From Heptranchias perlo (Eukaryota), in NCBI RefSeq assembly GCF_035084215.1, contig NC_090325.1:112778001-112842000 (forward strand): a stretch of DNA of 64,000 nt. The letters are read 5' to 3'. Of the stretch, positions 26,226-39,920 are shown one piece after another. Below the pieces are notes generated by a model that was not told the DNA's origin, made no database searches, and saw nothing but the letters and a program-made list of their open reading frames with translations. The position numbers and the translations under genes were made by a program. Positions within the stretch are counted from its first letter, which is position 1; each line of letters begins with the position of its first letter.

Positions 26226-27298
26226 GTGGCTGGAGTCATACCTAGCACAAAGGAAGATGGTAGTGGTTTTTGGAGGCTAATCATCTCAGCTCCAGGACAT
26301 TGCTGTAGGAGTTCCTCAGGGCAGTGTCCTGGGCCCAACCATCTTCAGCTGCTTCATCAATGACCTTCCCTCCATCGTAAGAACAGAATTGGGGATGTTT
26401 GCTGATGATTGCACAGTGTTCAGTTCCATTCGCTAACCCTCAGATAATGAAGCAGTCCATGCCCGCTTGCAGCAAGACCTGGACAACATGCAGGCTTGGA
26501 TTGATAAGTGGCAAGTAACATTCGTGCCAGACAAGTGCCAGGCAATGACCATCTCCAACAAGAGAGAATGTAACCACCTCCCCTTGACATTCAACAGCAT
26601 TACCATCGCCGAATCCCCTACCATCAATATCCTGGGGTTCACCATTGACCAGAAACTTAACTGGACCAGCCACATAAATACTGTGGCTACAAGAGCAGGT
26701 CAGAGGCTGGGTTTTCTGTGGTGAGTGACTCACCTCCTGACTCGCCAAAGCCTTTCCACCATCTACAAGGCACAAGTCAGGAGTGTGATGGAATACTCTC
26801 CACTTGCCTGGAGTGCAGCTCCAACAACACTCAAGAAGCTCAACACCATCCAGGACAAAGCAGCCCACTTGATTGGCACCCCATCCACCACCCTAAACAT
26901 TCAATCCCTTCACCACCGGCTGCAGTGTGTACCATCTACAGGATGCACTGCAGCAACTCACCAAGGCTTCTTCGACAGCACCTCCCAAACCCATGACCTC
27001 TACCACCTAGAAGAACTAGGGCAGTATGCACATGGGAACAACACCACCTGCACGTTCCCCTCCAAGTCACACACCACCCCGACTTGGAAATATATCGCCG
27101 TTCCTTCATCGTCGCTGGGTCAAAATCCTGGAACTCCCTACCTAACAGCACTGTGGGAGAATCTTCACCACACGGACTGCAGTGGTTCAAGAAGGCGGCT
27201 CACCGCCAACTTCTCAAGGGCAATTAGGGATGGGCAATAAATGCTGGCCTTGCCAGGGACGCCCACATCCCATGAACGAATAAACAAAAACGAAAAAA
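26226..27298 (+). mobile_element. 5'-truncated copy of the RTE-X-like LINE
   Basis: Highly similar to the reverse complement of about 9560-10635; A-rich tail; candidate TSD gtttgta at 26219-26225 and 27301-27307. Confidence 0.9.
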
Positions 27299-30200
27299 GG
27301 GTTTGTATGAAAACAATGCCCCTTTTAAAGGGAATGATTTAATTTTCATATAACTTGCAATGTTGATGCATAAGTACGTTGAAGCAAATGCTTAGAAAAG
27401 GCCAAATGTATTTAACGCCAAACAAATTATTTCATGACTCATACTGTCTTTTATGATACAAAATCCTGACTGGAGTGAACATTAGAATTATGATCAGCAA
27501 ATATTTACCCCTGGAGGCTTACAAACAATTCAGTGGTTATGTTATTAGATAATAGCTGTGAGCCAGCCTGTACATCTTATATAACATACCTCACAGAACT
27601 GGAATTCCTCGTGAGTGACATTGCTCTTTCAGTGTATTCCTTGTGCCTGGCTATTGCCCCCTGTGGTTTGAGTGTGTATCATCTTGCTTAATGGCCTCAG
27701 GAGAAAGGGGCGAACTGAATGTTATTTGTATGAGAGTTCATTGGTTTGATTTGTTCTGATCTCTCCTGTTTATGTAACCTCATATATCAGATGCCATGTC
27801 TCTTGCCAATACAATGAATGGACCAACAGTTGTATGACCTAATTATACTTAATTTTTTTAGATTGGCACAATAATAAAAACAATCCACTGGCAAGGTTCA
27901 GAAGCAGCTCGTAAAATCTAAAACATACTTTCTTATCGATTGCAATCAGAAAGTCTTCTGAGAGCTCTGTGATGCCAAGACGATATATATTTCTTCTAGT
28001 TTAAAAACAATAGGCTGAACGCACTTCTTACAAGGATTAAAAGGGAGTTAAAGCTGCAAATTGCCGATTTTGCAGCAAGTTTGTGAAAACAATGGAACTT
28101 GCAGTGGACAGTTGATTTTAGTAGTTTAATGCAGAGCTTATTTAATGTATAAGGGAGATTAAATAACTCATGAATCACAAAGTCATGTGCATATTCTGTC
28201 GGTTTCTCCTCACATGAGGCTTAAATAATGCATTGAACAAGTAAATAACAAAAATTCTGTTTACAATGCAATTTAGATTATAAACCATTTTAAAAGGTTT
28301 AGGCATTTAATTTTATTCAGTTTAAAGGGACCTACCGCAAGTATGAAGGGTATTCCCACAGACTGATTGCACTTCACGTTTTGTGTTGGTGCAAAGCAGT
28401 TTTGACCACACATTGATGCAAATCCCATAGTCTGACTCACGGTGAAGTTGGCCAGATTGAATTGTGACAAGTGGTGTGAGATCACCTGAAGAGGAGCAAA
28501 AAGTGAACATAAAATTACAAATGCTGGAAATTTGAAATAAAAATAGTAAGTACATAGCATGTTCATCATCATCCGAAAAGTGAGGTTCATTCACATCTTG
28601 GGGGTAGGGCCTTGAATTTCAGGGCCAGAGATTTTTTTGATAGGCAGATAGTGTTGAAACAGCTATTTTTACTAGGATTTATCTTAAAGAATAAGGTTCT
28701 TTCAAATAGCTGTCTGTAAATTATAGCATCAGCTTTTAAAACATTTTTATGAGTAAAGCAATAATGAGCATGCATTGGGGTAAGTGTCCATTTGTACATA
28801 TGCATGTGCCTTTGTGTATCATATGAATGTGTACATTTGTATCAGATGAGTATGTGTATTGTCTTGCGAAAGTAGGTTGAGCTAAAGTAAAGACCATTAC
28901 TTAAGATTGAGAGAACTCTACCATATCTTACCCTTCAGTAATGTTTTCTATAAAGAAGAGAGATGCAACCAATTTAAATTCACAGCAAGGACTACATGTA
29001 AGGAGTAATTTTACGAATTTGTGCTCCTGGTGGGGAGCTTCGCCTACTGGGGTTGCACATAGGAAATTTGGACATTTGCTGCATGCAGGTTTCTAACCAA
29101 AATGGTTGAAATGTCATGTACATTGCCTGCCTAGAGTTCCAATGTGTGTGCCCGGTGGATGATGTGTCCAGCCAGGAGTGTGAAGTCAGGAAAAGAAAAG
29201 AAAAATAACCAGCTCTTCATTCCGGTACTGGGAAGAGAGTTCAGTTGTACTCAATGTCATAGAAACTGCAGTGAGATTTTTCATTACAAAAATAGAATAT
29301 AACTATAGTCAGCTTTGCCTTAGTCTTGTATTTAAAATTGTATTGCTTGCTTCATTTTACTTGTTTGGCAAACAAGCTTCAGGGAGTGCAGTAAATGTTT
29401 ATTAGAGTACTTCTATACCTCAGTAATTATGCCTCTACAATGCTAATTGAAAAATGTCATCACAAATTGATGTTTGCATAGCAATTATTACCCCTACTTC
29501 TCTGCAATTGCTTTATGAAGGGTTTAAAAACATTTTCTAAGTGTAAGCAATCAACAACTATTGTGATGGACTTTGTAAGCACCAGATAAAAGGAGCCTGG
29601 TTATTCCTGGCACCCTGCTTTCCCAGCGTAAGTCAGCAACTGGAACAGATGTCTTATGTTTCTCTCTCTCTCTCTCTCTCTTTCTGCAAAGCCTTCTGGG
29701 TTTTGGCTTATGCACGCAACTTCCCCCTCCTCTTCTCCAGGATTGTGAGGAGCCACAACTCCACCTCCCCACAGCCCTGTCCCTCAGGATCATTATACTA
29801 TCAATGATTATCAAATAAGAGTAGCAACAGGTGATCTGTTCAGACAGGTTTTTGACTCCTTTACAAAAATTAACTCAACTCACTGTTATAGAATTCTTGT
29901 GGCAATTAAATTGTTACTATGGTAATTGCATAGCTACGGCTTGATACATTTGATATGGAATAGGTAGATTAGCAGTTTCTACTGCATGATAAACGATTAT
30001 GGTAGAGGGATTAAATATTTAGGGTTGTGTTTGTATGGGCAAGTAAGCCGAAGTGTAGATTTCATATAGGAAGGTTTCCTCTGTGTGCTATTTGCAACAA
30101 AATCATAAATCTGTTTAAAAAGAGATTTATTTAACAAAATCTGAAACCCATTCCTCCAACATCTGTGTTCCCATTTAAGTTTTCTTTTTTCAAAACCATA

Positions 30201-30329
30201 CAGAGTGGCTTTTAATCCTTTTTCTATGGGCAACAAGAGTTCTTTGTAGGAGTTTTAGTTAATTTTGAACTCATTTAAGAAAAATAATTTGAAAGTATAG
30301 TGCTATTGTCCTACCCCAAACTTTAATCT

Positions 30330-30690
30330 AACATAAGAAAGCACATGAGAGGAAAAGACTCTATAGTCCACCTGGCTGGTTCCAAAAAATACTAACCTTC
30401 AATCACCCACTCTCTGAAATATGTATTAAATTCTCCCTCAAATTTTCCACACTATCTGCCTCCAGTGCTTCTCTGGTCAGTTTGTTCCGCATGTACACTG
30501 CCCTTTTACATAAAGTAATTACATTTAAGCTGCCTGTGTGACTTCCTTCTTCAAAGCTTGAACCTATGTCCCCTAGTTCTAAAGATTGTGGCAATTTCAA
30601 ACATATTGGAGTTTAATTTATCTATTTCCTTAAAAATTTGGAATACTTGAATTATATCTTGAATAATCTTGTCTGTGTCTCGCTGAGGTA
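30330..30690 (-). mobile_element. Decayed CR1 3' fragment
   Basis: ORF 30551..30742(-) DIIQVFQIFKEIDKL..F..RTRGHRFKL; aacatagaaa end. Confidence 0.6.
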
Positions 30691-30899
30691 AGTCAATAGC
30701 ATTGGAAAAAAATGAAAATAATTTCTGGGACACCGCTAGCATTGGTGTGCTCCAAAATTAAAATTGAATCACCTTCTTCAAAGGGGAGTGATGATTGCAG
30801 TCTTCTTTTACTGACATGAAAACTAATCTTAAGATAGATGATGGCCATGTGCTAACACTGAAGTTCATTTGTGCAACTGTGCATAAACCCAACCATTTT

Positions 30900-31345
30900 T
30901 TTGTATCCTGCCTTTGCTGACCTACGTTGTCTTCCGATCCCCCAACATCTCAAATTTAAAATTCTCATTCTCATGTTTAAATCCCTTCACAGCTTTGTCC
31001 CTCTCTGTCTCTGTAACCTGCAACCTCCCTGACCTCCCCATTCCTCTGGCACTGGCCATTTGTGCATCCCCGCCCCTTCTCTCTGCCATTGGCAGCCGTG
31101 CCTTCTGCTATATCGGCCCTACATTCTGAAATCCCCTCCATAAATCCCTCCATCTCTCCACCTTCTTCTCCTCCAATAAGACCCTCCTTAAATCGCATAT
31201 CTTTAGCCAAGCTTTTGGTCACTCCCCCACCCCCTAATATCTCCTTTTAGGCTTGGGTCCATTTTTGTCTGATTATGCCTCTGTGAAGCACCTTGGCACA
31301 TTTTTCTACGTTAAAGTTGCTTATTTAAATGCAAGTTGATGTTGC
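30900..31345 (+). mobile_element. L2 LINE 3' fragment
   Basis: Collinear similarity to 14210-14657 (tttaaaattctcattctcatgttt, cattggcagccgtgccttc, ctgtgaagcaccttgg, aaatgcaagttg). Confidence 0.8.
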
Positions 31346-32502
31346 ATTGAGAATTCTGTAGATAAAATTCAATCTGCTGGTGAAAGTTCTAGCCCATATT
31401 TTGGGATAATGTGAGCTTTTTCTGGATTGGTGATAATCCCAGTGATTTTCTATAGCGACAAGTCTTTTTTGAGTTCTGTAACAAATGATTCTGTTTGGTT
31501 GGCAGTTACTTTGCAGTCTGCAATTGCTGTTTTTGGTCACGCTTAAGTCTGACACTTGCAAACAATGAATGCTGCCCTGGCAGTCTGGCTGGATTGTCAG
31601 TCACAAAAATAAAATGTGAGGAAGTAAGTGATTGAAACTGTCTGGGTTGAAAACATTGTCCTCTGATATAGAAGTACCACAGGTCAGGTACACTACGGGT
31701 GATGTAGCACTTCTTCAGTAATGCATAGTTCCTTGCTACCTTCTCTGTAAATGCAACATTATTTACACGAAGGATGACAGATTGGTCAGCATCAGAAACG
31801 TCACCACAGCACCAGCAAAATCTGTCAAAATAGTTTAATGGCTGCCACCTATATATTTAAACTCTGTCCCTTTTAGGATTCTGTAGCAGCAACATGTAAC
31901 ACCTGCCCATAACACAACGTGTTTCTTTTCTGCTGAAGTATATACTGAAGTATTAGGAGAGTAGGTTGATGTATTCCTATCCAAAACTATTGCACACTAT
32001 GGGGCGAAATTGGGCCGTGTGGCTCCCATTTTGTAGGTGCCAAGCGGACACCTGAGCCCCAAAAATGGCATCCGAGATGCACGCGCTCACGTCCAACGTG
32101 AAGTGCGCAGAACACCACCTTGGTAAAGGTGTTTGCGCGCACGTCGCCTAATGAACTGCGGCAGCATGTAGAGTAGGGAGACGATGATGTGAATCAGTGT
32201 GCAATGCTGATATGAACCAGACGGTGACATTTTTGAACTCCCCGCTCCAGCGAATGCACTGTCCTAACCTCGCACAGCTGAACAGGACTTAAAGGGCATG
32301 AAGGAACCCCATTAGTGCTACTTAAAGGAATCATGCAGGAGTTACAGGTTAGTTGCTGGATTAGTTATTCTGGCTGCTGGTACAATTGTACGTATCTTTG
32401 GAAATTTCCTATACTTGGCTAAAGTTTCAATATTCTATAGAGAGTGGTCTGGCTGGTCTTGCAGTACTGTTGGTGGCATTTAAAATAGTGTGCTGAAAAA
32501 AG

Positions 32503-33664
32503 TTGCTTCCAGACTTGGGAGGCCTGCTAGGGCTTCCTCTGGGAATTGAACATGACTGGGAGAACGAAGAGAGGCCACACGGAGCGGGACAAGCTGTGAG
32601 AAGAGGGAGGAGGAGCAGGAGCAGGAGCAGGAGCAGGGCACTCAGCAGGAGGTCATATCCGCAAATAGTCTTCAGGGACCAATTCTCTTACCTCAACTTC
32701 AGCGAGGACCAGTGCATCAGACGGGTGCAGTTCACTAAAGAGGTCATGACTGAAATTTGTCAACTGCTGCAGGCACAACTGCAGTCTCAGAGCAGGGCAA
32801 GGACAGCATTGCCTGTGGCTGTCAAGGTGACCGTGGCTCTTAATTTTTATGGCTCTGGCTCCTTTCAGGCTGTTGCTGGAGATAAGCAACATCTCGCAGT
32901 TTGCAGTGCACTGCTGTATAAGGGAGGTCACAGAGGCTCTGTACGCACTCCGAAACAGATTCATCTCATTCCCTCTTGCCAGAAACAAGCAGGAGGAGTG
33001 AGCACAAGGGTTTGCTCGCATTGCAGGCTTCCCCATAGTGCAGGGTGCCATTGACTACACGCATATTGCCATGCGTGTTCCACATTTGAACTCGGCCATA
33101 TTCATGAACAGAAAGGGATTCCGCTCCCTCAATGTGCAGCTGGTGTGCGACCACACACAGCACATCATGCAGGTCAATGCCCACTATCCTGGCAGCAGTC
33201 ATGATTCCTTCATCCTGCGGCATTCTAACATGCCACTTATACTTCAACCACACATCAAGTCAAAGGCTGACTACTGAGTGACAAGGGTTATCCCCTCATG
33301 ACATGGCTCATGACCCCAGTCCAGAACGCACGTACATGTGTACAGCAGGCCTACAATGAGAGCCATGCTGCCACACAGAACATCACGGAGCACACCATAG
33401 GTGTCCTCAAGCAACGCTTCCGCTGCCTGGACCACTCTGGAGGAGCCTTGCAGTGCACAGCTGAGCAGGTATGAAGATTTGTCGCACAACCTGGCCATAA
33501 TGAGGGAATGGCCCTTGCCACTACCTATCAGGCGAGAACCTGAGCTAGAGACAGAGGAAGAGGCGGAGGAGGAAGTGGAGAAAGAGGCAGGGAGGCTACA
33601 AGGTAGACAGGCCCTGTCTGCCAGGGCTCTGCATGATCAGATTATTAATGAACGATATCAGTAA
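32503..33664 (+). pseudogene. HARBI1-like DDE transposase (DDE_Tnp_4 type), frameshifted
   Basis: QGAIDYTHI, NRKGFRSLNVQLVCD, YPGSSHDSFIL, DKGYPL (gacaagggttatcccctc), LKQRFRCLD; acidic C-terminus. Confidence 0.9.
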
Positions 33665-33860
33665 CCTCTTCAACACCTCCCCATTCACCAACAGTCCCAC
33701 ACTCCTTACCTTTCCTCACTCACATGACATCAAATCATCCTGCTTATGATTACATGTTGCTTCCTCCCTCAGCTCACCGCAGAAATAAAAACCACCACCA
33801 AATGCAAATTCAAATCCACATTTATAAATTAACACATGAAATTACGCAAACAAAATGAGA

Positions 33861-35666
33861 CTATTCACCCTTGTCAATTGCCTTAATGCCTGTCGTTCGT
33901 GTGCCTTTACCTTTTCTAGTGCTCCTACGAGGTGCATCCCCAGTGGTTGGAGCACGGGTGGTGAAAGGCTGCTGACTTTCAATGGAGGAGATTGCAGATG
34001 GCCTTAGAGGATGACCTCGAGCAGCTCTGGGCCAAGAGGGCCCGGCTTCAGACTGCACCATCTCGGCCTGGGCTGCAGCAGTCCGGGCTGGCCGGCTGAT
34101 AGGCAACAGCAAGGGCACTGGCGGAATGTCAGGAGTGGGAGCAGGAATGCTGTCAACCTGAGAGAGGACAGCAGGTTCGTCTTCCATCGCGTCACTGCCA
34201 CTCTCCCGGGATGGTGCCTCAGCAATCCTGGTGATCTGTTGGAGAACAGATTACAATGTAGCAGTCAGACCTTGGACGGCAGATGTTTGTGCTGCAATGG
34301 AAGGTGTGACATCGGTCATCAGACGCTGCCTCGTGGTGGGTTCCACAGGTGTGCTGATGGAGGTGACCATCTCTCCCATGTGGGAAAGGATGGGCTCCAA
34401 GCTCTGCGCAAAATTCTGTGCCAAGTTGGAGCTGGACTCCTCCATGCCCCTTGACATTGTGCGCAGGCATTTGGTGGTGTACGACCATCAGCCTTCTGCT
34501 GTAGCCTGGCCCATCGAAATCATCATCTGACCCCCTCGGCAGCAGAACTAGTGTGTGACTTCACCCTCCAGCGTGCTGGCACCTGCGGTATCCTTTTCCC
34601 CCCGCCCGCCTCCTGCGTATTTGTGCCCAGTATCTCACCACGTGCAGATCCCTCCTCTATGCTAGCCTCTAAACTACGCGCAGTGTCAGTATCTGAGCTG
34701 GTGGCTGCGAGTGTATTTACGAGGCAGTGGAGGAAGTAGCGGACGAGAGTGACGGTGTGTCTTCATCATCACTGACGTCTTCCTCTGCCTTCTCTGACTG
34801 GGCAGGTTCCAGTTCTTGGGTATCTGAAATGACAAAGGGATACAGGTTGAGTTGTGGTGAGGGGAGAAGTGAAAGTAAGACGTGCGTGCTCACACCACCT
34901 GCAGCACTTGAGTCAGAAAAGATTGTGGGATGAGGGAGAAGTGGGAAGCGAGCAGAGACCCCCATAATCGATGCCGCCAGTGGCCACGGCCTCACGGATG
35001 TCCCTCATTGGGAGTTAGGAGATGTCGGCATGTCCTCCTCCAGTTCTTTCTTGCTGCTTACTGTTATGCGCTCCTTCTCCTGCAAGAAAGCAGGAAGTGA
35101 GTCAGTGAGAATCCTGCAAGATGTTTGGGTGATGTGGCTGACATGGTTGAATAGCTGCCTGTGTATATGTCCTGTGAGTTGTGGGTGTGCAGCTTGCAAC
35201 TGTGGTAATGTGTGAGGTTGAGATGAAGTATCTGATTTGAAGAGTTGAGTACTGATTGAAAGAGTTTGTTGGTATGTGGGTGATGGGGGGTGTAGTGCAT
35301 TGAGCAGTGGACGAGGCTCGTGGTGCATTTAATAGGAGATGTCACTTGACAGTTGAACTCACTTACCCTGATGACTCGTGTCAAATCATTGAAGTTCCTA
35401 CTGCACTACATCCATGTTCTTGGTGCTAAGCTTCTGGCATTGAATTCGTCCCCTACTTCCTGCCACTGCCTTGTGAGCATATGTCTGGAGGGCCTGCTGT
35501 ACCCCTGCGTACACAGGATGCCCCTCCTTCTGTCCACCTCTTCCACCAAGGCCTCTAGTACATCATCAGAGAACCTTGTTGTCGCTCTCTCGCAGCCGCA
35601 GCCATTCTTCAATTTATTGCAGCACAGATTCACTTCACAATTGACTTCCACCACTTCATGCACCAA
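33861..35666 (-). pseudogene. Harbinger Myb/SANT-like DNA-binding protein gene, multi-exon, decayed
   Basis: RFSDDVLEALVEEVDRRRGIL..WQEVGDEFNA..RTW; donor GTAAGT at 35366; acceptor ttgcag ending at 35080; later exons acidic or Pro/Ser-rich. Confidence 0.8.
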
Positions 35667-38394
35667 TAGTGCACCTCCCCTTTAAGAGGTGCAGGCTGCC
35701 TTTAAGTAGTGATAGCCACTCACGATATCGGGGCCCCCTGCTAATGTGTGCAGCCAATCAACAGTGCAGCTAGCACTGGCTGCACGCAGCAATCATGTAG
35801 ATCATCAGGCAGCACGAATGTTACAGGGGTTATCTAATATAACACCCGCCCCCCCCCCCCCCCCCCCATTTCTTGAAAGCACATGGCTGATACTGTGTTG
35901 TATATTTCAGCAGGTGAAACATCGATAGACAATATCAGGCAAGATTTTGCTGGGACCAGCACCACCAGCAGGACTGTGCGTGCCGTCAGCAAATCGCACA
36001 TGCACTGCCCACGATTTGCTGGCAACCTGCCCACTGCATCTGAGGCCCTGCCGATGGCCCGGGGTATCAGAACATTTTATCCGGCATCTCATAGGAATGA
36101 ATTTGACAAGTTTCAATATTGCAAACCAGGTCAAACCATAAAACCTAATGAAGTTTAGAGCACTAACAGAACTACTGTCATTTTTTTTTGGACTGCATTA
36201 ATGACGTGCTTTGTGTACATCATGAGACAAGCAAACATTTGAATAAAACTTTGTAAGGGAGAGTGTTTGAAAAATTTAATGCAGTTTTTCATATGTGAGC
36301 CAGTGTTTCAGCTGCTGAAATATACATTGCAGTGTGCAGCATTTGGGCAACTGTTGAAAGGAAAACTTATGTGTAATGTCATTATCTGAGTGGTTAATTT
36401 AGCAGATGCGTTAGGTTGCCAATGGAACAACTTAGTATGTCTACTGGTAAAGGATTACACAGGATTATATCACTGGAATGACTAGTGAAAATCATTTAAG
36501 ACCAATAAGAGTAGACAACAAAAGAAGGAGACTGACAGTAAGTTGCCATTTTATAGTAGGTAATCTAACACTAATCTATCCACGTTACATCAGAACCTGT
36601 TCAGTGAAGTCAATCCCATCTCTATATTCGTACTGTCCTTGCAGTAGCTAAAGCTGATTTATGTTTTATGTTATCAATCTGGTCCTTCTGGCAGCGTGAA
36701 GCAATAAAAGTAAATTATTTGCTAGCTTGAACTAGCTTGTGGGATCAATTTGGAAAAATGCACTGTCCATTAAAGCAGTGAAGCACATATAATTGTACCT
36801 TATTAGGTTGAACCGAAGATCCCTTGGTCTGAGTCCAGTACATGCAGCAACTGAGTACAATACATCAATCTGATTGAGCCTACAACTTGCCTCAGGGAAC
36901 GCATAGCTGACTTATATATTCATATAATGGAGAATTAGCACAATATGATATATGTATATATTTGGCAGGCAAAACATGGGTTGGTAACAGGGAAGGGAAC
37001 AGAAATGTAATTAATGATATTCTTGGCACAAGTGATGGAGGATGCTGTGACTGAAATGGTTGTTTATCATGTGAAACCAAATGTCATTGTTTTTTTTTTA
37101 GCACAAGTAACTAACCATCCATTCTATTGATGGGCGTTTCATCTTGCCTTGTCCCCATTTTGTTGACTGGGGTCATTAGTCCAGATAGACCAAAATAGAA
37201 GATCTACTATCCCTCTCTGACTGTTTATCAATTATATCTTTTCATGTTATAAATTATTTATATATATTCTCTAGCCCACTAAGAGTGCTGTTATTATGAA
37301 TGGTTTATATCATAAGCACGGATTGCACCTTGGAGCGCCACTGCATTGCATCCAACCGCTCCCCCCCCCACCTCAGCTGAGTTGCTGATCTCAGTCATGC
37401 TGCTACAGTGAGGCACAAGCAGGGGCCAGGGGCCTTCATGCAGAGGGAATTGAAAATGAGATGAGGGATCGTCACAGGACCAATGCAATGTGCCTTATGA
37501 CAGACAACAAAGAGTGGGATTAGCAGTCATCAAATAGCAGGCTAGCCTCTCAGACAAAGGACGCACAGAGCTGGGAAGGAGCAGCAAGGTAAGGTAGAAA
37601 AAGGTGTGGGACCTCATAGGGCAGCAACATATCTGAAAATAAACATTTTATATCATGGACCAATATTCTTTTTTATTTTTGCATTTGTGTGCTTTCTGAT
37701 GTGGCCTGTGCCAGATTTTGCAACTTCTTCCTTTTTCTTTTTCTTCTTTTTTGTTAGTTTGCTACAGTTGTTAAATAGTGGCAAGCTGTTAATGAGTAAT
37801 TGTTGTTTCTTAATTTGTCCCATTATCACCCTTCTTGCCTTGCACCATCATCCCTTTTGTCATTTGGGACCGATTTTCAGATAGCTGAGCGGGTGCGTTG
37901 GGGGTGGGAGGGCTCCTAAAATGGCGGAATCCTGGAGCGGGTTCGGAGCCCGCCTCCAACCTGCTGACTTCTCCAGTGAAGCGTTCAGGTGCGCGCGCAG
38001 CTCCCGAATGCGGGACTCCCACCGGCAATTAAAGCCGGCAGGATGATCATTTACATAGTAGGTTGATAGTTGAGGTACTTGAGAGACCTCATTAAGTGGA
38101 GATTTTGGCAGGGGTGCAATTTTGAAGGATCCTCAGCGTGTTTCCCGTGCTGGGGGAAACACTCCCTGTTGGAGCAGACGTGTTTCAGCCAGCAGCCAGT
38201 GGGAGATACAAAGGATTATTTGACAGTTGGGGAGAAAACCTCATTTATTCCAGCAGGGCACTCTGTCACTTCAGACAGAGTTTTGGCTGCACCACTTTAG
38301 TCTTTCCACTCAAAATTCTTAATTTATATCCAAAACTCTGCTGTGCAAACACATTTACCTACTTTGCGGACCCCCTCAAACTCACACAGTCAGG

Positions 38395-39600
38395 ATGGGG
38401 GGCACCATGGCTCATTCATCACTGCATCCGAGGACGAGCAACATCACCAGCCTCGCCAGGCACGCCGTCCACCACCGCCACGTGGAGCTCCACAACACAG
38501 TGCAGCGCCACAGGCACCTGCACAACGGCACGGAGGGAAACAAGAGAGAGAGCGGCGTCACAGGAGGCACTACCCTCGCAACAGGGTCGACAGACCGAGG
38601 CTCAGCTTCCTGGACCTCTCTAAGGAGCAGTGCATATGGAGGCTCAGAGTCAGTCGTCAGGTAGTCGCAGACATCTGCAGCTTCCTTCATGCCAAGCTGC
38701 TCCCGGCTGGGCCGAGCAGCATCTCCTTGCCTGTGGCTATCAAAGTCACCACTGCCCTCAACTTCTTCACCTCCGGATCATTCCAGGATGCCACAGGAAC
38801 ATCGCCGGGGTCTGTCAGTCGTCTGCACACAAGTGCATAAGGTAGGCCACCGACGGCTTGTTCTGCAGGGCCTCGCACTACGTCAACTTCCCCATAGACG
38901 ACCTCAGCCAGACGGTGAGGGCAGTGGGATTCCACGCTGTGGCTGGCTACCCACGGGTGCAGGGTGTAATCGGTTGCACCCATATAGCAATACGAGCACC
39001 TCCACATGAGCCGGGACTGTTCATCAACAGGAAGGGCTATCACTCCATCAACACTCAGCTCATCTGTGACCACCGCAAGAGATTCCTTCACGTGTGCGCC
39101 AGATACCCTGGCAGCTGCCATGATTCCTTCATCCTCTGGGAATCCAACATCCCGTCCCTCTTCCACACACTGGAACACCCACAAGGGCTGGCTTCTCGGG
39201 GACAAGGGGTACCCCCTGCACGCGTGGCTCATGACACCTCTGAGGAACCCCACCACCGAACAACAGCCTTGATATAATGACAGCCACATCGCCACAAGGT
39301 CTACAATTGAGCTATAGGGCTGCTCAAGATGCGCTTCAGGTGCCTTGATTGTTCTGGGGGAGCGCTTCAATATGCACCAGACAGAATGGAACGCATAATA
39401 GTCGTGTGTTGTGCCCTGCACAACACGGCACAACAAAGAGGGGTGCTGCTGGAGGAGGCCCCATCCACTTCTGCCACCCACATTGAGGAGGAGGATGATG
39501 AGGACGAGGCAGAGGAAGAGGAGCAACCATGAGCAGAACAGCGGCTCACCTGGCTGCTCGTGACGCCAGGGAGTCACTGATATGTAAACGGTTCTCCTAA
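38395..39600 (+). pseudogene. HARBI1-like DDE transposase, frameshifted
   Basis: [66 protein letters not shown] spread over several frames. Confidence 0.92.
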
Positions 39601-39920
39601 CATAAGACAGTGTGAAGAGTCCAATCCTCACCATCTGGACAGAGCAGTGGCCACACCAGCCCCCCAACTCCCCCAGCCCCTGCACAAAACAGTCCTGCAA
39701 CTACACATCCACCCACTGTAGAGTGACCCAATGAATGGCATCAAGTGTGGGCGTTCATGGTGAACCTCATGAAAGGGACTTATTACACAAGCCAGTCAGG
39801 AATGGCCAAGAGGTGGCAGTAGTGGTGACAATAATAATATTTAATGTGCCATTAACAAAAATCAAATATAAATTAAAAACATGACAAACCATCAAACATC
39901 CTTGTACATCCCCTTTGTGC

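Larger units (their letters stand above)
32001..35850 (+). mobile_element. PIF/Harbinger DNA transposon, family A (two convergent genes, decayed)
   Basis: Left end ggggcgaaattggg; HARBI1-like transposase on + and Myb/SANT gene on -; right TIR is degenerate so that boundary is approximate. Confidence 0.88.

Noticed and set aside
32503-39600. Assigning the host gene symbol HARBI1 to the transposase ORFs
   Set aside because: They are frameshifted, multi-copy, lie within TIR-bounded units and are paired with Myb genes, so they are transposon copies
38687-39700. 337-aa minus-strand ORF
   Set aside because: Antisense shadow of the GC-rich Harbinger transposase
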